Assembly (NCBI GenBank): GCA_964517415.1
Contig: CAZFCA010000004.1
Span: 18,754 to 82,753, forward strand
DNA length: 64,000 bases
Direction of reading: 5' to 3'
Origin: an uncultured Rhodospirillaceae bacterium
Lineage (GTDB): Bacteria > Pseudomonadota > Alphaproteobacteria > UBA9219
Part shown: one piece after another, positions 10,136-19,015 of the stretch
How positions within the stretch are numbered: position 1 is the first letter of the stretch
How the letters are laid out: every line of letters starts with the position of its first letter
Notes under the pieces: generated by a model
Databases searched by the model: none
The model's input: the letters and a program-made list of their open reading frames with translations, nothing else
What the model was told of the DNA's origin: nothing
Made by a program: the position numbers and the translations under genes

Positions 10136-10285
10136 GGTCTGAAGCGAGAACAGAGGAAATTTTTTTAAAATTGACCCCAGCGTATTTTAATAAAAAAGGC
10201 TTAAAACAAATACGCAAATGAACGCGCGCGCGGAAAACCCACGCGCGGCAAAGCGATTATTCTGATACAATGAAAGCCAGAGAAG

Positions 10286-10555
10286 CTAGGCCTTGCCGGC
10301 CTTTTTTGCGCGCTTGGCAAGACGCGAGGTTTTCCGAGCGGCCGTCCTTTTATGAAGCGTGCCTTTCGCCGCGCTTTTGGCGAGCGCGGACTCGGCTTTG
10401 CGCAAAGCCGCCTTAGCGGCAGACGCGTCGCCGGAAGCAAGCGCGGCTTCCGCGCCCTTGATCAAAGTGTGAATAAGAGAACGCCGCGCGCGGTTCTTTT
10501 CATTATGCTTGACCGTCTGGCGCGCCCGTTTTTTTGCGGATTTGTGGTTGGCCAT
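10286..10555 (-). CDS. rpsT: 30S ribosomal protein S20
   Basis: 89 aa, very basic, starting MANHKSAKKRARQ. It sits in the classical position upstream of dnaA. Confidence 0.95.
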   Translation of the reverse strand: MANHKSAKKRARQTVKHNEKNRARRSLIHTLIKGAEAALASGDASAAKAALRKAESALAKSAAKGTLHKRTAARKTSRLAKRAKKAGKA

Positions 10556-10920
10556 TAAAACGTCCTGAAGTTCTTGGATGATATCGAGGCGAATTCAATA
10601 CGCGCTGCCTGCGTTACGGTCAAGCCCAAATAAAAACATCCGCCACGCAACCGGAAAGTCAATAATTTAAGGGAATTCGAAAGAACCCGAAGGATGCGGC
10701 GCGTAAAAAGTCAAAGCGCCGGGGAAGACCTTATGCTCCACAATTTTTGGCATCGGCCAACCATCACCGCCCCGTCGTCGAGTTTTGGAAAAAGAACGCG
10801 AAATCGTTTTTACGCGAGAACGAGTTTCGTGATTTTCCAAAAAAAACCGCCCAAAGCCGATGGCGAGTCTCGTTAAAGATACCGATGTCGTTCGTGGCCA
10901 AGTGTTGCACAAATATCATG

Positions 10921-10947
10921 TTGCCGTAACGGCTGTCGCACTATAGT
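10921..10947 (+). promoter_or_regulatory. Candidate sigma70-type promoter for the pilL-like operon
   Basis: TTGCCG, 15-nt spacer, TATAGT, about 50 nt upstream of the ATG at 10995. The spacer is short, so support is weak. Confidence 0.25.
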
Positions 10948-10994
10948 ATTTAACGAATCACCTTGAGTTCTTTCACAGACAAAGGGCAGTTGAT

Positions 10995-11960
10995 ATGCCA
11001 AATAAAATTGCTTCCATATCCTATGGTGCGGTATCTCTTGCGTTGGCTGCTGTTCTTCTTGCATCGCCCGCTTCTGCAGGTTTCCAGATGGGCTCTGGCG
11101 GTACGGCGGTACGATCTTCCGCCCCTCGGCCTGCTTCGGATATGCCCGAGGTAATATCCCCCATCGTCATTTCCGGCGAACCGCAGCCCGTTTCTCTTTC
11201 TGCCCCACCCCCGGCTCCTGCTGTTCTTCCTTCCGCGCCCGCGCCTACCTTTCAGCCTCCAGCCGCACCTGCGGTAGATGTTTCCAACGCGGTGGTTCGC
11301 GGCTTTGCCTCGCAGGTGCCGCTTGCGCTGGCCATGCGGCAACTTCTGCCCGTCGGCTATACCTTTTACATCGATCAGGATGTTGATACGAATGTGCTCG
11401 TTTCTTATCGTGGCGGAAGGCCTTGGCCCGAAACGCTTAAAAGCATGCTGGCTCCCGTCGGGCTTGTTGATCAGATACAAGGAACGGTCGTAACGGTAAG
11501 CCGTGTGCCTTCGGGCGCGCCTGCAATGCCAATCGCGGAAACAACGCCGCTGACACAGCCCGCGCCGGCCGCGCCAAGAACAATCGGCCAGCTAACTATC
11601 CCTGCGACCTCGGCGCCTCCTCCTCCGCAACGTTTTGCGGCGCCCGCTCCATTGGCAAGCGCGCCAATGACTCCGTATGCCGCTGCCGAGTCATGGTCGG
11701 CTCAGCGCGGCGACACGCTTCACAAGGTGTTGACGGCTTGGTGTCGCAAGGCCAACGTGGAGCTTCAGTGGCTTTCCGAGTACGACTATCCCTTGCAGGC
11801 TTCGGTCAGTTTTAGCAACGGATTCGAAGACGCTGTGCGCGGCCTTCTGTCGGGGTTTGAAAATGCCCAGCCCCAGCCGGTAGGAGAGCTGCATGCCAGT
11901 TCTATCGCAGGGCAAATGGTATTAGTCGTTCAGGTGCGCGGCAATAGTTACACGAATTAA
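10995..11960 (+). CDS. PilL/TcpQ-like periplasmic protein (type IVb pilus accessory)
   Basis: Signal peptide, Pro/Ala-rich linkers, an STN-like segment (VPLALAMRQLLPVGYTFYIDQDV...GTVVTV) and a C-terminal TcpQ-like domain (WSAQRGDTLHKVLTAWCRKANVELQW...FEDAVRGLL). It lies directly upstream of the PilN-like secretin, as in IncI/ICE pil clusters. Confidence 0.6.
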   Translation: MPNKIASISYGAVSLALAAVLLASPASAGFQMGSGGTAVRSSAPRPASDMPEVISPIVISGEPQPVSLSAPPPAPAVLPSAPAPTFQPPAAPAVDVSNAVVRGFASQVPLALAMRQLLPVGYTFYIDQDVDTNVLVSYRGGRPWPETLKSMLAPVGLVDQIQGTVVTVSRVPSGAPAMPIAETTPLTQPAPAAPRTIGQLTIPATSAPPPPQRFAAPAPLASAPMTPYAAAESWSAQRGDTLHKVLTAWCRKANVELQWLSEYDYPLQASVSFSNGFEDAVRGLLSGFENAQPQPVGELHASSIAGQMVLVVQVRGNSYTN

Positions 11961-11971
11961 CGGAGATTGGG

Positions 11972-13627
11972 ATGCCTTTGAAACGGACGTTGCTCATGAA
12001 AAAAGTTGTCGGACGCCTTACATTCTGTGCCCTTATCGCAGCAGTCTCCATCGGTTTTGGCGGCTGTGAATTGGCGGAAAAAACCCGAACTGAAATCGAT
12101 CGGCAAGGAGCCGAGGCTCGGACATCCCTCGATAATGCGCAAAACATCCGCACGACTTCTTTCGATCCCTTAAAGGTTACGAACAAAGTTTGGGGTGGCA
12201 ATGCTTCCTTACGCATGCAGCGCGGCATGCCCCTGCCATCGCGGTATGAAACCAATCGCGGCGTCACTCTCGTTTCTTCGGAGCCTATGTCCTTGGAAGA
12301 AGTCGCGAATGCGGTCAGTTCCCAAACTGGCATTCCCGTCCGCATGAGCGCGCTGTCGATACCCGGTCGCTCCGCCGCCGCTTCATCATCATCTTCTTCG
12401 TCGTCGTCTTCTTCGAAAGGCGGCATGCCGGTTTCCTACGAAGGGCCGCTGTCGGGGCTGATGGATAGAATCGGCGCCTATTTCGGTGTCAGCTGGCGCT
12501 TTGATGGATCATCTATCGCCATCTCGCGCTACGAAACGCGCATATTCGCGGTCGAAGTTATGCCCGGCACGCATCAAATTAACGAAGGCATGGAAGACGA
12601 CGAAACTAGCAGCAGCAGCAGCAGCGGCAGCAGCAGCGGCGGCGGCAGCAGCACCAAGGCGATTACGCAAAATTCCAAAGTTACGATGGATCTCAAATAT
12701 TGGGACGAACTGACGGCCGTCCTCAACTCGATTGTGGGCACTCAAGGCAGCGTCGTCGTTTCGCCGACGATGGGCACGATTACGGTTACGACAACGCCCG
12801 AAGTCATGTCGACAGTCGCCGACTATATCTCGAAGGAGAACAAACGTCAGGCACGACAGATCGCGATTAACGTGACCATATACAGCGTTAATCTTTCCGA
12901 ATCCGAAGATTTTTCGACCGCCTTCACTGCCTTCCTGCGCAAATATGCCGGTATTGGCGGCATAGATCCCATAACGGGAGGCGCGATGCCGGCTATCACG
13001 TCTCCATCTGTGATCGCCAGCGATATGGGCAGTTTAAACCTTGCTATCATCGACGGCCACAGAATGGGCGCGCGCGATGTTTTCAGCGCGTTGTCTGCCA
13101 TCGGGGATACGACAACCGTCGCCTCCTTCCCCATGACGACCCTGAACAATCGCCCTGTTTCGCGGCGCATCGGAACGGATACGACCTATATTTCCGAAGT
13201 GACGCAAAATACCACGTCGTCTTCATCCACGACGACCATTGCGACGCCGACCACATCGGTCGTTCACGACGGCTTTTCGCTTCAAATTACGCCGCGCATT
13301 CTGGATGATGGGCGCATCCTTCTTCAATACTCGCTTAGCTTGATCGCTCTTCAAACGATGGACACGGCGGGAACGGGCACGGATTACACAATCAGCCTGC
13401 CCGTGACGGACAACAGAATCTTCATTCAACAGTCCATGCTGCGCAGCGGGCAAACGCTTATGATCGGCGGCGTCGATCAGAAAAAGCTGGCGCAAAACAA
13501 GCAAGGCATAGGCGTGCCGGACAACATCTTCCTCGGCGGAGGGCAGTCCACCTACGACTCCCATGTCATGATGTTTATTTCGATAACCCCGAAGGTCATG
13601 GATATGGGGCTTGAGGAGCGCAACTAA
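11972..13627 (+). CDS. PilN-family type IVb pilus secretin lipoprotein
   Basis: Lipobox IGFGGC. C-terminal secretin domain (FPMTTLNNRPVSRRIG...GFSLQITPRILDDGRILL...LRSGQTLMIGGV). Two poly-Ser linkers. A GGAG RBS lies 8 nt upstream of the ATG. Confidence 0.8.
   Translation: MPLKRTLLMKKVVGRLTFCALIAAVSIGFGGCELAEKTRTEIDRQGAEARTSLDNAQNIRTTSFDPLKVTNKVWGGNASLRMQRGMPLPSRYETNRGVTLVSSEPMSLEEVANAVSSQTGIPVRMSALSIPGRSAAASSSSSSSSSSSKGGMPVSYEGPLSGLMDRIGAYFGVSWRFDGSSIAISRYETRIFAVEVMPGTHQINEGMEDDETSSSSSSGSSSGGGSSTKAITQNSKVTMDLKYWDELTAVLNSIVGTQGSVVVSPTMGTITVTTTPEVMSTVADYISKENKRQARQIAINVTIYSVNLSESEDFSTAFTAFLRKYAGIGGIDPITGGAMPAITSPSVIASDMGSLNLAIIDGHRMGARDVFSALSAIGDTTTVASFPMTTLNNRPVSRRIGTDTTYISEVTQNTTSSSSTTTIATPTTSVVHDGFSLQITPRILDDGRILLQYSLSLIALQTMDTAGTGTDYTISLPVTDNRIFIQQSMLRSGQTLMIGGVDQKKLAQNKQGIGVPDNIFLGGGQSTYDSHVMMFISITPKVMDMGLEERN
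12608..12652 (+). repeat. In-frame AGC/GGC trinucleotide tract inside the pilN-like gene
   Basis: (AGC)6 GGC (AGC)3 (GGC)3 (AGC)2 encodes a Ser/Gly linker. A second Ser run, built from mixed TCA/TCT/TCG codons, lies at about 12378..12417. Confidence 0.85.
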
Positions 13628-14862
13628 TGGCATCCGGCGTCGTCACTGTAGGCCGCCATCGCTATGCCGTCGGTCTTTACTGGGAAAACAGCCCGGGCGG
13701 CGGGCATGTGGCCCAGATTGCGAAGGAAGCCGCGCGCCAGCCCGGCCAACAGGCTGACTTTTACGTCATCCGCCGCGGCACAAAAGACAGGCATGTCCCC
13801 CAGTTCGGTCTATGCGCGGGGGAGGCAGGGCAAAAAGCCGGCATGCCGGTTCTTGCGGGGTGTCTTGCCAGCCAGATACCCGGATCCTGGGCAGGCGCTT
13901 TCCGCCTGAATGAGGGCGTTGCCGTCATTATCGTTCGCGACGACCTGATCGTTCCTGACGGCGACTTGTTTTTTACGGATGAATCAGACGCGCGCGAACG
14001 CCTGATACAGGAAATCGGTTTTGGCGGCTTGCAAACCATTTACGCCCCCGAGGCGTGGTCTATCCCGGGCGCCGATACCATTCCGCTAACGTTACTTATC
14101 AGCAATCGAACCGACATCCAATTACAGCGGGTGTCCATACCACCGAAAGTCAAAATGGCTATAGCAGCGGGGGCTTTGGCTTTCGCGATTATTTTAGGAA
14201 TCGTCTGGGCGATTAATGCACGATTGGAAAAGGAAAGAACCGAACGTGAAGAAGGGGCGAAACTCGCCGCCAATTTGCCCCAGCTCTTTCAGCAACAACA
14301 GCCGAAGCCCGAGTATATTAGATATTGGGAAGATGCGCCGCTGGTAAACGCCATTCTAAGCGCATGCAAAGAAGGCCTTTCCCTTATTCCATCCGGCATG
14401 AGCGGTTGGAATCTGACGTCCATGTCCTGTAGCGGCTCAAGCCTGTCCTTATCATGGTCCCGTACGAAAGGCATAACGGAGCCGCCATTGGGCGCTCATG
14501 TGGATGATTCCGGCGGAATAGCCACCAAATCGATATCGATGAAAGCCCTTGAAAAGCGCGGTCACGAAGATTTATTGAATATCGAAGATATAACAAAGCG
14601 TTACCTTCTCCAAACATGGCCGGGTTCGATTGCGCGCGCGCCTGACGATCCGCCTCCACCTCCTCCCCCGGGATATAATGGGCAATGGACTCCCCCTCCT
14701 GCGCCTTGGGTTAAGCGTTCGTTTACGCTTACTGTGCCAGAATTGCCGGGTGGGCTTCCGGGATATATAGGTGATATCCCCGGGGCTATGATTAACAGCA
14801 TGAGCTATACGCCGAACGGCGTGTGGACCATCCAGGGGGTTATCTATGAGAATCGCAGGTAA
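13627..14862 (+). CDS. PilO-like type IVb pilus accessory protein (R64 PilO / PilO2 family)
   Basis: N-terminus of the pattern (V)GRHRYAVGLYWE, typical of this family, one central TM, and a poly-Pro segment (PPPPPPPGY). The start overlaps the pilN stop (TAATG). Confidence 0.65.
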   Translation: MASGVVTVGRHRYAVGLYWENSPGGGHVAQIAKEAARQPGQQADFYVIRRGTKDRHVPQFGLCAGEAGQKAGMPVLAGCLASQIPGSWAGAFRLNEGVAVIIVRDDLIVPDGDLFFTDESDARERLIQEIGFGGLQTIYAPEAWSIPGADTIPLTLLISNRTDIQLQRVSIPPKVKMAIAAGALAFAIILGIVWAINARLEKERTEREEGAKLAANLPQLFQQQQPKPEYIRYWEDAPLVNAILSACKEGLSLIPSGMSGWNLTSMSCSGSSLSLSWSRTKGITEPPLGAHVDDSGGIATKSISMKALEKRGHEDLLNIEDITKRYLLQTWPGSIARAPDDPPPPPPPGYNGQWTPPPAPWVKRSFTLTVPELPGGLPGYIGDIPGAMINSMSYTPNGVWTIQGVIYENRR

Positions 14863-15682
14863 AATCATCTCGCCAGTGACGTTTTCGGCTTTTGCGGCTG
14901 TCGTCACTGTTCTCGGGCTTTGCGTGTTTGCAGCCAAAGGGACATTTGCCGCAGATCCGGCTCCGGCGATTGCCTCTTCGGCACCCGTATCTCAAGCGCC
15001 CATGTCCTCGGCGCAAGCGGCGCCTGTTGCGGCTCCCGCAGCCGCGCCGGCAAGCTCAAACGTCATTCCCACGGCTTTTCAGGTTCCTGAAGCCCCCAAA
15101 ACCGAAGGGGGAGACGATATCGCGAAAGCACTTTCCTCCATGGAGGACAAAGTAACCGACAACGCCAAGGCGCTTGTCAAAAAGCTCGATACGACGGAGC
15201 CGACGACCATATCGGATCTGAACTCGGCCAAGCAAACAGTTACCCGCATCGAAGCCATGATCGATATCGAAAAGAGGCTCGGCGAACTCGAAAAGCTGCG
15301 CAACGAGCGCAATTCACGCTCTTTTGCGGGCATGATGCCGGGACTTCCTGCAGGCCTTGCCGCAGCCATTCCGGCCAGCGCGCTTCAGCCTTTGCCAGGG
15401 CCGCTTGCCGCTGTGTCGCCCAGCGGTTCGCCCGACAGCCCACCAATCTTTCATGTCGGCAGCGGGCGTCCTGAAATTTCCCGCATTTCAGGCACGGAAG
15501 GAAAATATGTGGCGGTATTGAAGATGCCTGACGGCGAGAAAAAGTCGGTGAAAGCCGGCGAAAAATTCAGCCACGGCACTGTGAGATCGATCACGTCTTC
15601 GTCGGTGGAGATTGCCGACAAGGGAACTTCATACACCTTGCGTATTAAAAACGTTGACGCCATTTACAGCGCCATGCGCTGA
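14846..15682 (+). CDS. PilP-like periplasmic protein
   Basis: Signal peptide, Ala/Pro-rich linker, coiled coil, and a small C-terminal beta domain (GKYVAVLKMPDGEKKSVKAGEKFSHGTVRSITSSSVEI). It has the right position in the PilN-O-P-Q order and overlaps pilO by 17 nt. Confidence 0.5.
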   Translation: MRIAGKIISPVTFSAFAAVVTVLGLCVFAAKGTFAADPAPAIASSAPVSQAPMSSAQAAPVAAPAAAPASSNVIPTAFQVPEAPKTEGGDDIAKALSSMEDKVTDNAKALVKKLDTTEPTTISDLNSAKQTVTRIEAMIDIEKRLGELEKLRNERNSRSFAGMMPGLPAGLAAAIPASALQPLPGPLAAVSPSGSPDSPPIFHVGSGRPEISRISGTEGKYVAVLKMPDGEKKSVKAGEKFSHGTVRSITSSSVEIADKGTSYTLRIKNVDAIYSAMR

Positions 15683-15775
15683 GGGCGTGAGGGATCAGGG
15701 ACAAATGGAAACGCCTTTGTTGCCGGGTTCGTCGCCTCGTGGATCGATTTTAAAACGCTTCCAAAGGGTGTTTGT

Positions 15776-17701
15776 GTGTTCAGTTTGTCTGATCTTGTGG
15801 AAGGAAAATTAAAGGCTTTTAGCAAGCCTCGTCCTTCTGCGGCCAAAACGAAGCCCGGCCCGTCAGGAAGACAGTTTCAGAACGTAAAGCAGGGAAACGT
15901 GACGGCGGGCGTAAAACCAGCGCAGCCCCCCGCTGTGCCGATGCCTTCCGATACGGTCGATCCCGCGGCCGAAGCGTCAGGAGCCCCGGTTCCCAATCAA
16001 CCGCCTGCCGACGTCATTAAACTTGAAGACGAACGCGCGCTCGCTCTTTTGTTTGAGGGCGAAGTGCTTACCGCTGAAGGCGGCGCGCTAAAAATTCCCG
16101 ACGAAGCACGGAATTTATGCGTCCTTTTTAAATCAGGGTTATGGCTGGTGAGCGCGTCGCACAGACGTTCGCCTTTGGTCACCTCCGTCGCGCAGGTTGC
16201 CAAAAGGCAGGGCCATAAGGTCGACGAGCCGCGCTTTGTAACACCGAACGTTATCATTCAGGCCTATATATTTGCCGAGCGGAGCGGAAAAAGCGGTCGC
16301 TTTGATGAAAACGCGGTGCGCCGCCGCATCGTGGCCACGTTTGAGCAAGCCGTGTCGATGGGCGCGAACGATATCCATATTGAATCCGTCGGCGGGCGCG
16401 CGGTTGTCCAGTTCCGCATCGACGGGTCGCTGCGGAGGCAAGACGTATGGACGCAAACGGAAGGCGATCACTTTCTTGCCGCAGTCTATTCCCACTCTAT
16501 TGGCCAGTCTGGCGCGACGGCCAACTTTCAAGAACCTCAAGCCGCGATGCTTGTGGGCGACGCGCGCGGCAAGGAAGTCATCAATCTTCCCAAAGGCATC
16601 GTCAGCGTGCGCTGCCAATGGGTGCCTTTATCGAACAACGGCGCCTATCTCGATATGCGCCTGTCCTACGATTCAGGCCATTTGTGGGGCGAAAATTTCG
16701 TCATGGCCGATGTCGACTCGCTCGGCTTTTCGCAGGAGCAGTTGAAGGTCGTGCAAAGGCTGCGCGCCGCCCCCGGAGGATTGCGCATTTTTTCAGGTCC
16801 CGTCAACCAAGGTAAAACGACGACGCTGCGCGTCGTGCTGAACCGCCGCATGGCGGAAACCGAAATGCGGCTGAACTGCCTGATGATCGAAGACCCCCCC
16901 GAAGGCGGCGTCGAAGGGGCGCGCCAATTGGGCGTTTCCGCTTCGGTCAAGGACGAGCAGCGCGAAAAAACCTTCGTCGAAATCATGCGCTGCGCCTTGC
17001 GCCTCGACCCCGACATCGTCATGCTCGGCGAAATTCGTGATCCGCAAACAGCGCAATTCGCTTTTCGTTTGGCGCTTACAGGACGACAGGTGTACACGAC
17101 ATCTCACGTGTATTCCGCCTTGGCGACTCCCAAGCGCCTACGCGATATTGGGATCGAGCCTTACTTGGTGTACGACCACCATCTTGTGCGCGGCATGGCG
17201 TGCCAACGCCTTTTGCGAAGCCTTTGCCCTTATTGCCGCGTGCCGATTCAAGAGGCGATCAAAGAATACGGCCCTACGGTGCGCGAACTTGCCAAGCGCG
17301 TGCGCGCGGGACTTGCGATCTTGGACGCGCGCCGAAAAAAGGAAAACGTCGGTAAGCCGATCATGGAATGCCTGACTGAACCCGACCTCAGCAATGTCTA
17401 TCTAGCCAATCCAGAAGGCTGCCCGAAATGCTACAAGGGGCGGCAAGGGCGCACGGTTTGCGCTGAAATTGTTGAAACCGACCCGAAACTTATGGCCCTT
17501 TTGGAGGATAACCGCGAGGAGGAGGCCGAAAGTTATTGGCTCTCGCCCATCGGCCTGAATGGCATTACCATGCTGCAACGGGGTCTTGAAAAGGTTCGCG
17601 CGGGTGAAGCCTCGCCCGACGACGCTGAATTCGAGCTGGGAACTTTCGCCAGCGATAACGAGCTTCTTGAAGTTGAACAAAAACTGGGGCCACTGCGATG
17701 A
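15776..17701 (+). CDS. PilQ-like GspE/PilB-family assembly ATPase
   Basis: Walker A GPVNQGKTTT, Asp box/Walker B region (LMIEDPPE, IVMLGEIRD), and a tetracysteine motif (CPYC...CPKC). It has an N-terminal extension of about 200 aa. The start is GTG and uncertain. Confidence 0.85.
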   Translation: MFSLSDLVEGKLKAFSKPRPSAAKTKPGPSGRQFQNVKQGNVTAGVKPAQPPAVPMPSDTVDPAAEASGAPVPNQPPADVIKLEDERALALLFEGEVLTAEGGALKIPDEARNLCVLFKSGLWLVSASHRRSPLVTSVAQVAKRQGHKVDEPRFVTPNVIIQAYIFAERSGKSGRFDENAVRRRIVATFEQAVSMGANDIHIESVGGRAVVQFRIDGSLRRQDVWTQTEGDHFLAAVYSHSIGQSGATANFQEPQAAMLVGDARGKEVINLPKGIVSVRCQWVPLSNNGAYLDMRLSYDSGHLWGENFVMADVDSLGFSQEQLKVVQRLRAAPGGLRIFSGPVNQGKTTTLRVVLNRRMAETEMRLNCLMIEDPPEGGVEGARQLGVSASVKDEQREKTFVEIMRCALRLDPDIVMLGEIRDPQTAQFAFRLALTGRQVYTTSHVYSALATPKRLRDIGIEPYLVYDHHLVRGMACQRLLRSLCPYCRVPIQEAIKEYGPTVRELAKRVRAGLAILDARRKKENVGKPIMECLTEPDLSNVYLANPEGCPKCYKGRQGRTVCAEIVETDPKLMALLEDNREEEAESYWLSPIGLNGITMLQRGLEKVRAGEASPDDAEFELGTFASDNELLEVEQKLGPLR

Positions 17702-18795
17702 GCGAATTTGAAGAAAAACTAGCCTCCTTTCAGGAGAAACTCACGAAATTCCAGTTTCGCGTCAATCGGCGCATAAGGTACCGGATCTACCGGAAGCTGG
17801 AAGGCATGTTGAAGACGAACGAAGCGTTATCCCGCTCGTTGGATCGTCTTTATCAAAACATGACCGAAATGGGCAAATATCCGCAGCGTCCTTCCGCCAT
17901 CGCCCTTCGCGAATGGTTTTTGAAGGATCGGTCGGGCATTTCGCTTTCTCAAGCCATGGAAAGCTGGATTCCTGACGGCGAGCTTTACATGATCCGAGCG
18001 GGCGAGGAATCGGGCACCTTGGCCAAGGCGCTGGCGTCCATCCAAATCATGGGCAAGCGCGGTCGCGAAATGAGGGAGGCGGTGACCTATGCCATCGGTT
18101 ATCCGGCTTTTATCACTCTGCTGGTCGGCTTCGTGATTTGGACCTTCGGCGTCAACCTGATTGCCAACATGCGCGCCAACGCGCCGAAGAATATCGTGGA
18201 TTCCCTTGGGATGATCGTGCCGTTTTCTGATTTCATCGGCGACTGGGGGCTTTATATCGTCGCTTTCATCATTATCGTTTGCGTCGTGATAACGCTTACT
18301 ATGCCCTATTGGCGCGGGCCTTTGCGCTCCAAATTCGATATGTACCCGCCGTGGTCGTGGTATCGCGTCTTGCAGGGCAGCAGCTTTCTTTTAGGGTTAT
18401 CCTCGCTTCTTGGATCGCAGGTGCCGCTAAAACGCTCGCTGGAAATTCTTGAAGAGCAGGGCAGCCCATGGATCAAAGAGCGCATCAATGCCGCGCGGCA
18501 AGGCGTTTTGCGCGGGCAAAACCTGGGCGAGGCTTTGCGGCTTAGCAAAATGAATTTTCCAGAGCCCGGCGTGGCCATCGACCTTGAAATTTTGGCTGAT
18601 CGCGCCGACGTCGGCGCTGTGATCGAACAGGTCGCGGACGAATGGATGCAGGAACAGGTCGATACCATGAAAATGCAGGCTGTCTTTATCCGAAATGTCG
18701 GAATGGCTGTCGTCGGCGGCATTATCGCTTGGGCGATGATGTCCATCTTCAGCGTCGTGGGCGAGCTGTCCAAGGGCGGCTCAGCCATGGGCTAA
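17698..18795 (+). CDS. PilR-like GspF-family inner-membrane platform protein
   Basis: 365 aa with three hydrophobic segments separating two cytoplasmic helical domains. The start shares an ATGA overlap with the pilQ stop. Confidence 0.8.
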   Translation: MSEFEEKLASFQEKLTKFQFRVNRRIRYRIYRKLEGMLKTNEALSRSLDRLYQNMTEMGKYPQRPSAIALREWFLKDRSGISLSQAMESWIPDGELYMIRAGEESGTLAKALASIQIMGKRGREMREAVTYAIGYPAFITLLVGFVIWTFGVNLIANMRANAPKNIVDSLGMIVPFSDFIGDWGLYIVAFIIIVCVVITLTMPYWRGPLRSKFDMYPPWSWYRVLQGSSFLLGLSSLLGSQVPLKRSLEILEEQGSPWIKERINAARQGVLRGQNLGEALRLSKMNFPEPGVAIDLEILADRADVGAVIEQVADEWMQEQVDTMKMQAVFIRNVGMAVVGGIIAWAMMSIFSVVGELSKGGSAMG

Positions 18796-19015
18796 ATCAG
18801 AAGGCAGAAGGCCAGTATCAGGCATCAGAAAGCACGAGGAATAACCGAGCCATAATACCGATTTGGTTCCTTTTACCACGCCCCCAGCCCCCGACCGATA
18901 TGAATCGCTGGTACCCGCCATGCCTGTCCTGCCTTCGCAGGGAAAGGCTCTCGCGGCTCCATCCGTTTTCATTTTTTACGTGTAAAAACGCTCAAAAACG
19001 TTTTTCAGAAGACTG

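Noticed and set aside
9853-10285. Possible oriC in the AT-rich rpsT-dnaA spacer
   Set aside because: I found only one DnaA-box-like 9-mer (TTGTCCACA). There is no cluster of boxes, no AT-rich 13-mer array and no CtrA boxes. In many alphaproteobacteria the origin is not next to dnaA. A single box fits dnaA autoregulation better.
10995-18795. Interpreting the PilL-R-like operon, or the Dot-like triad, as part of a recently integrated ICE or genomic island
   Set aside because: The window has no integrase, relaxase, coupling protein, tRNA target or flanking direct repeats. Composition looks host-like by eye. The sets flank essential genes. An ancient domestication cannot be excluded, but a recent mobile element is not supported.
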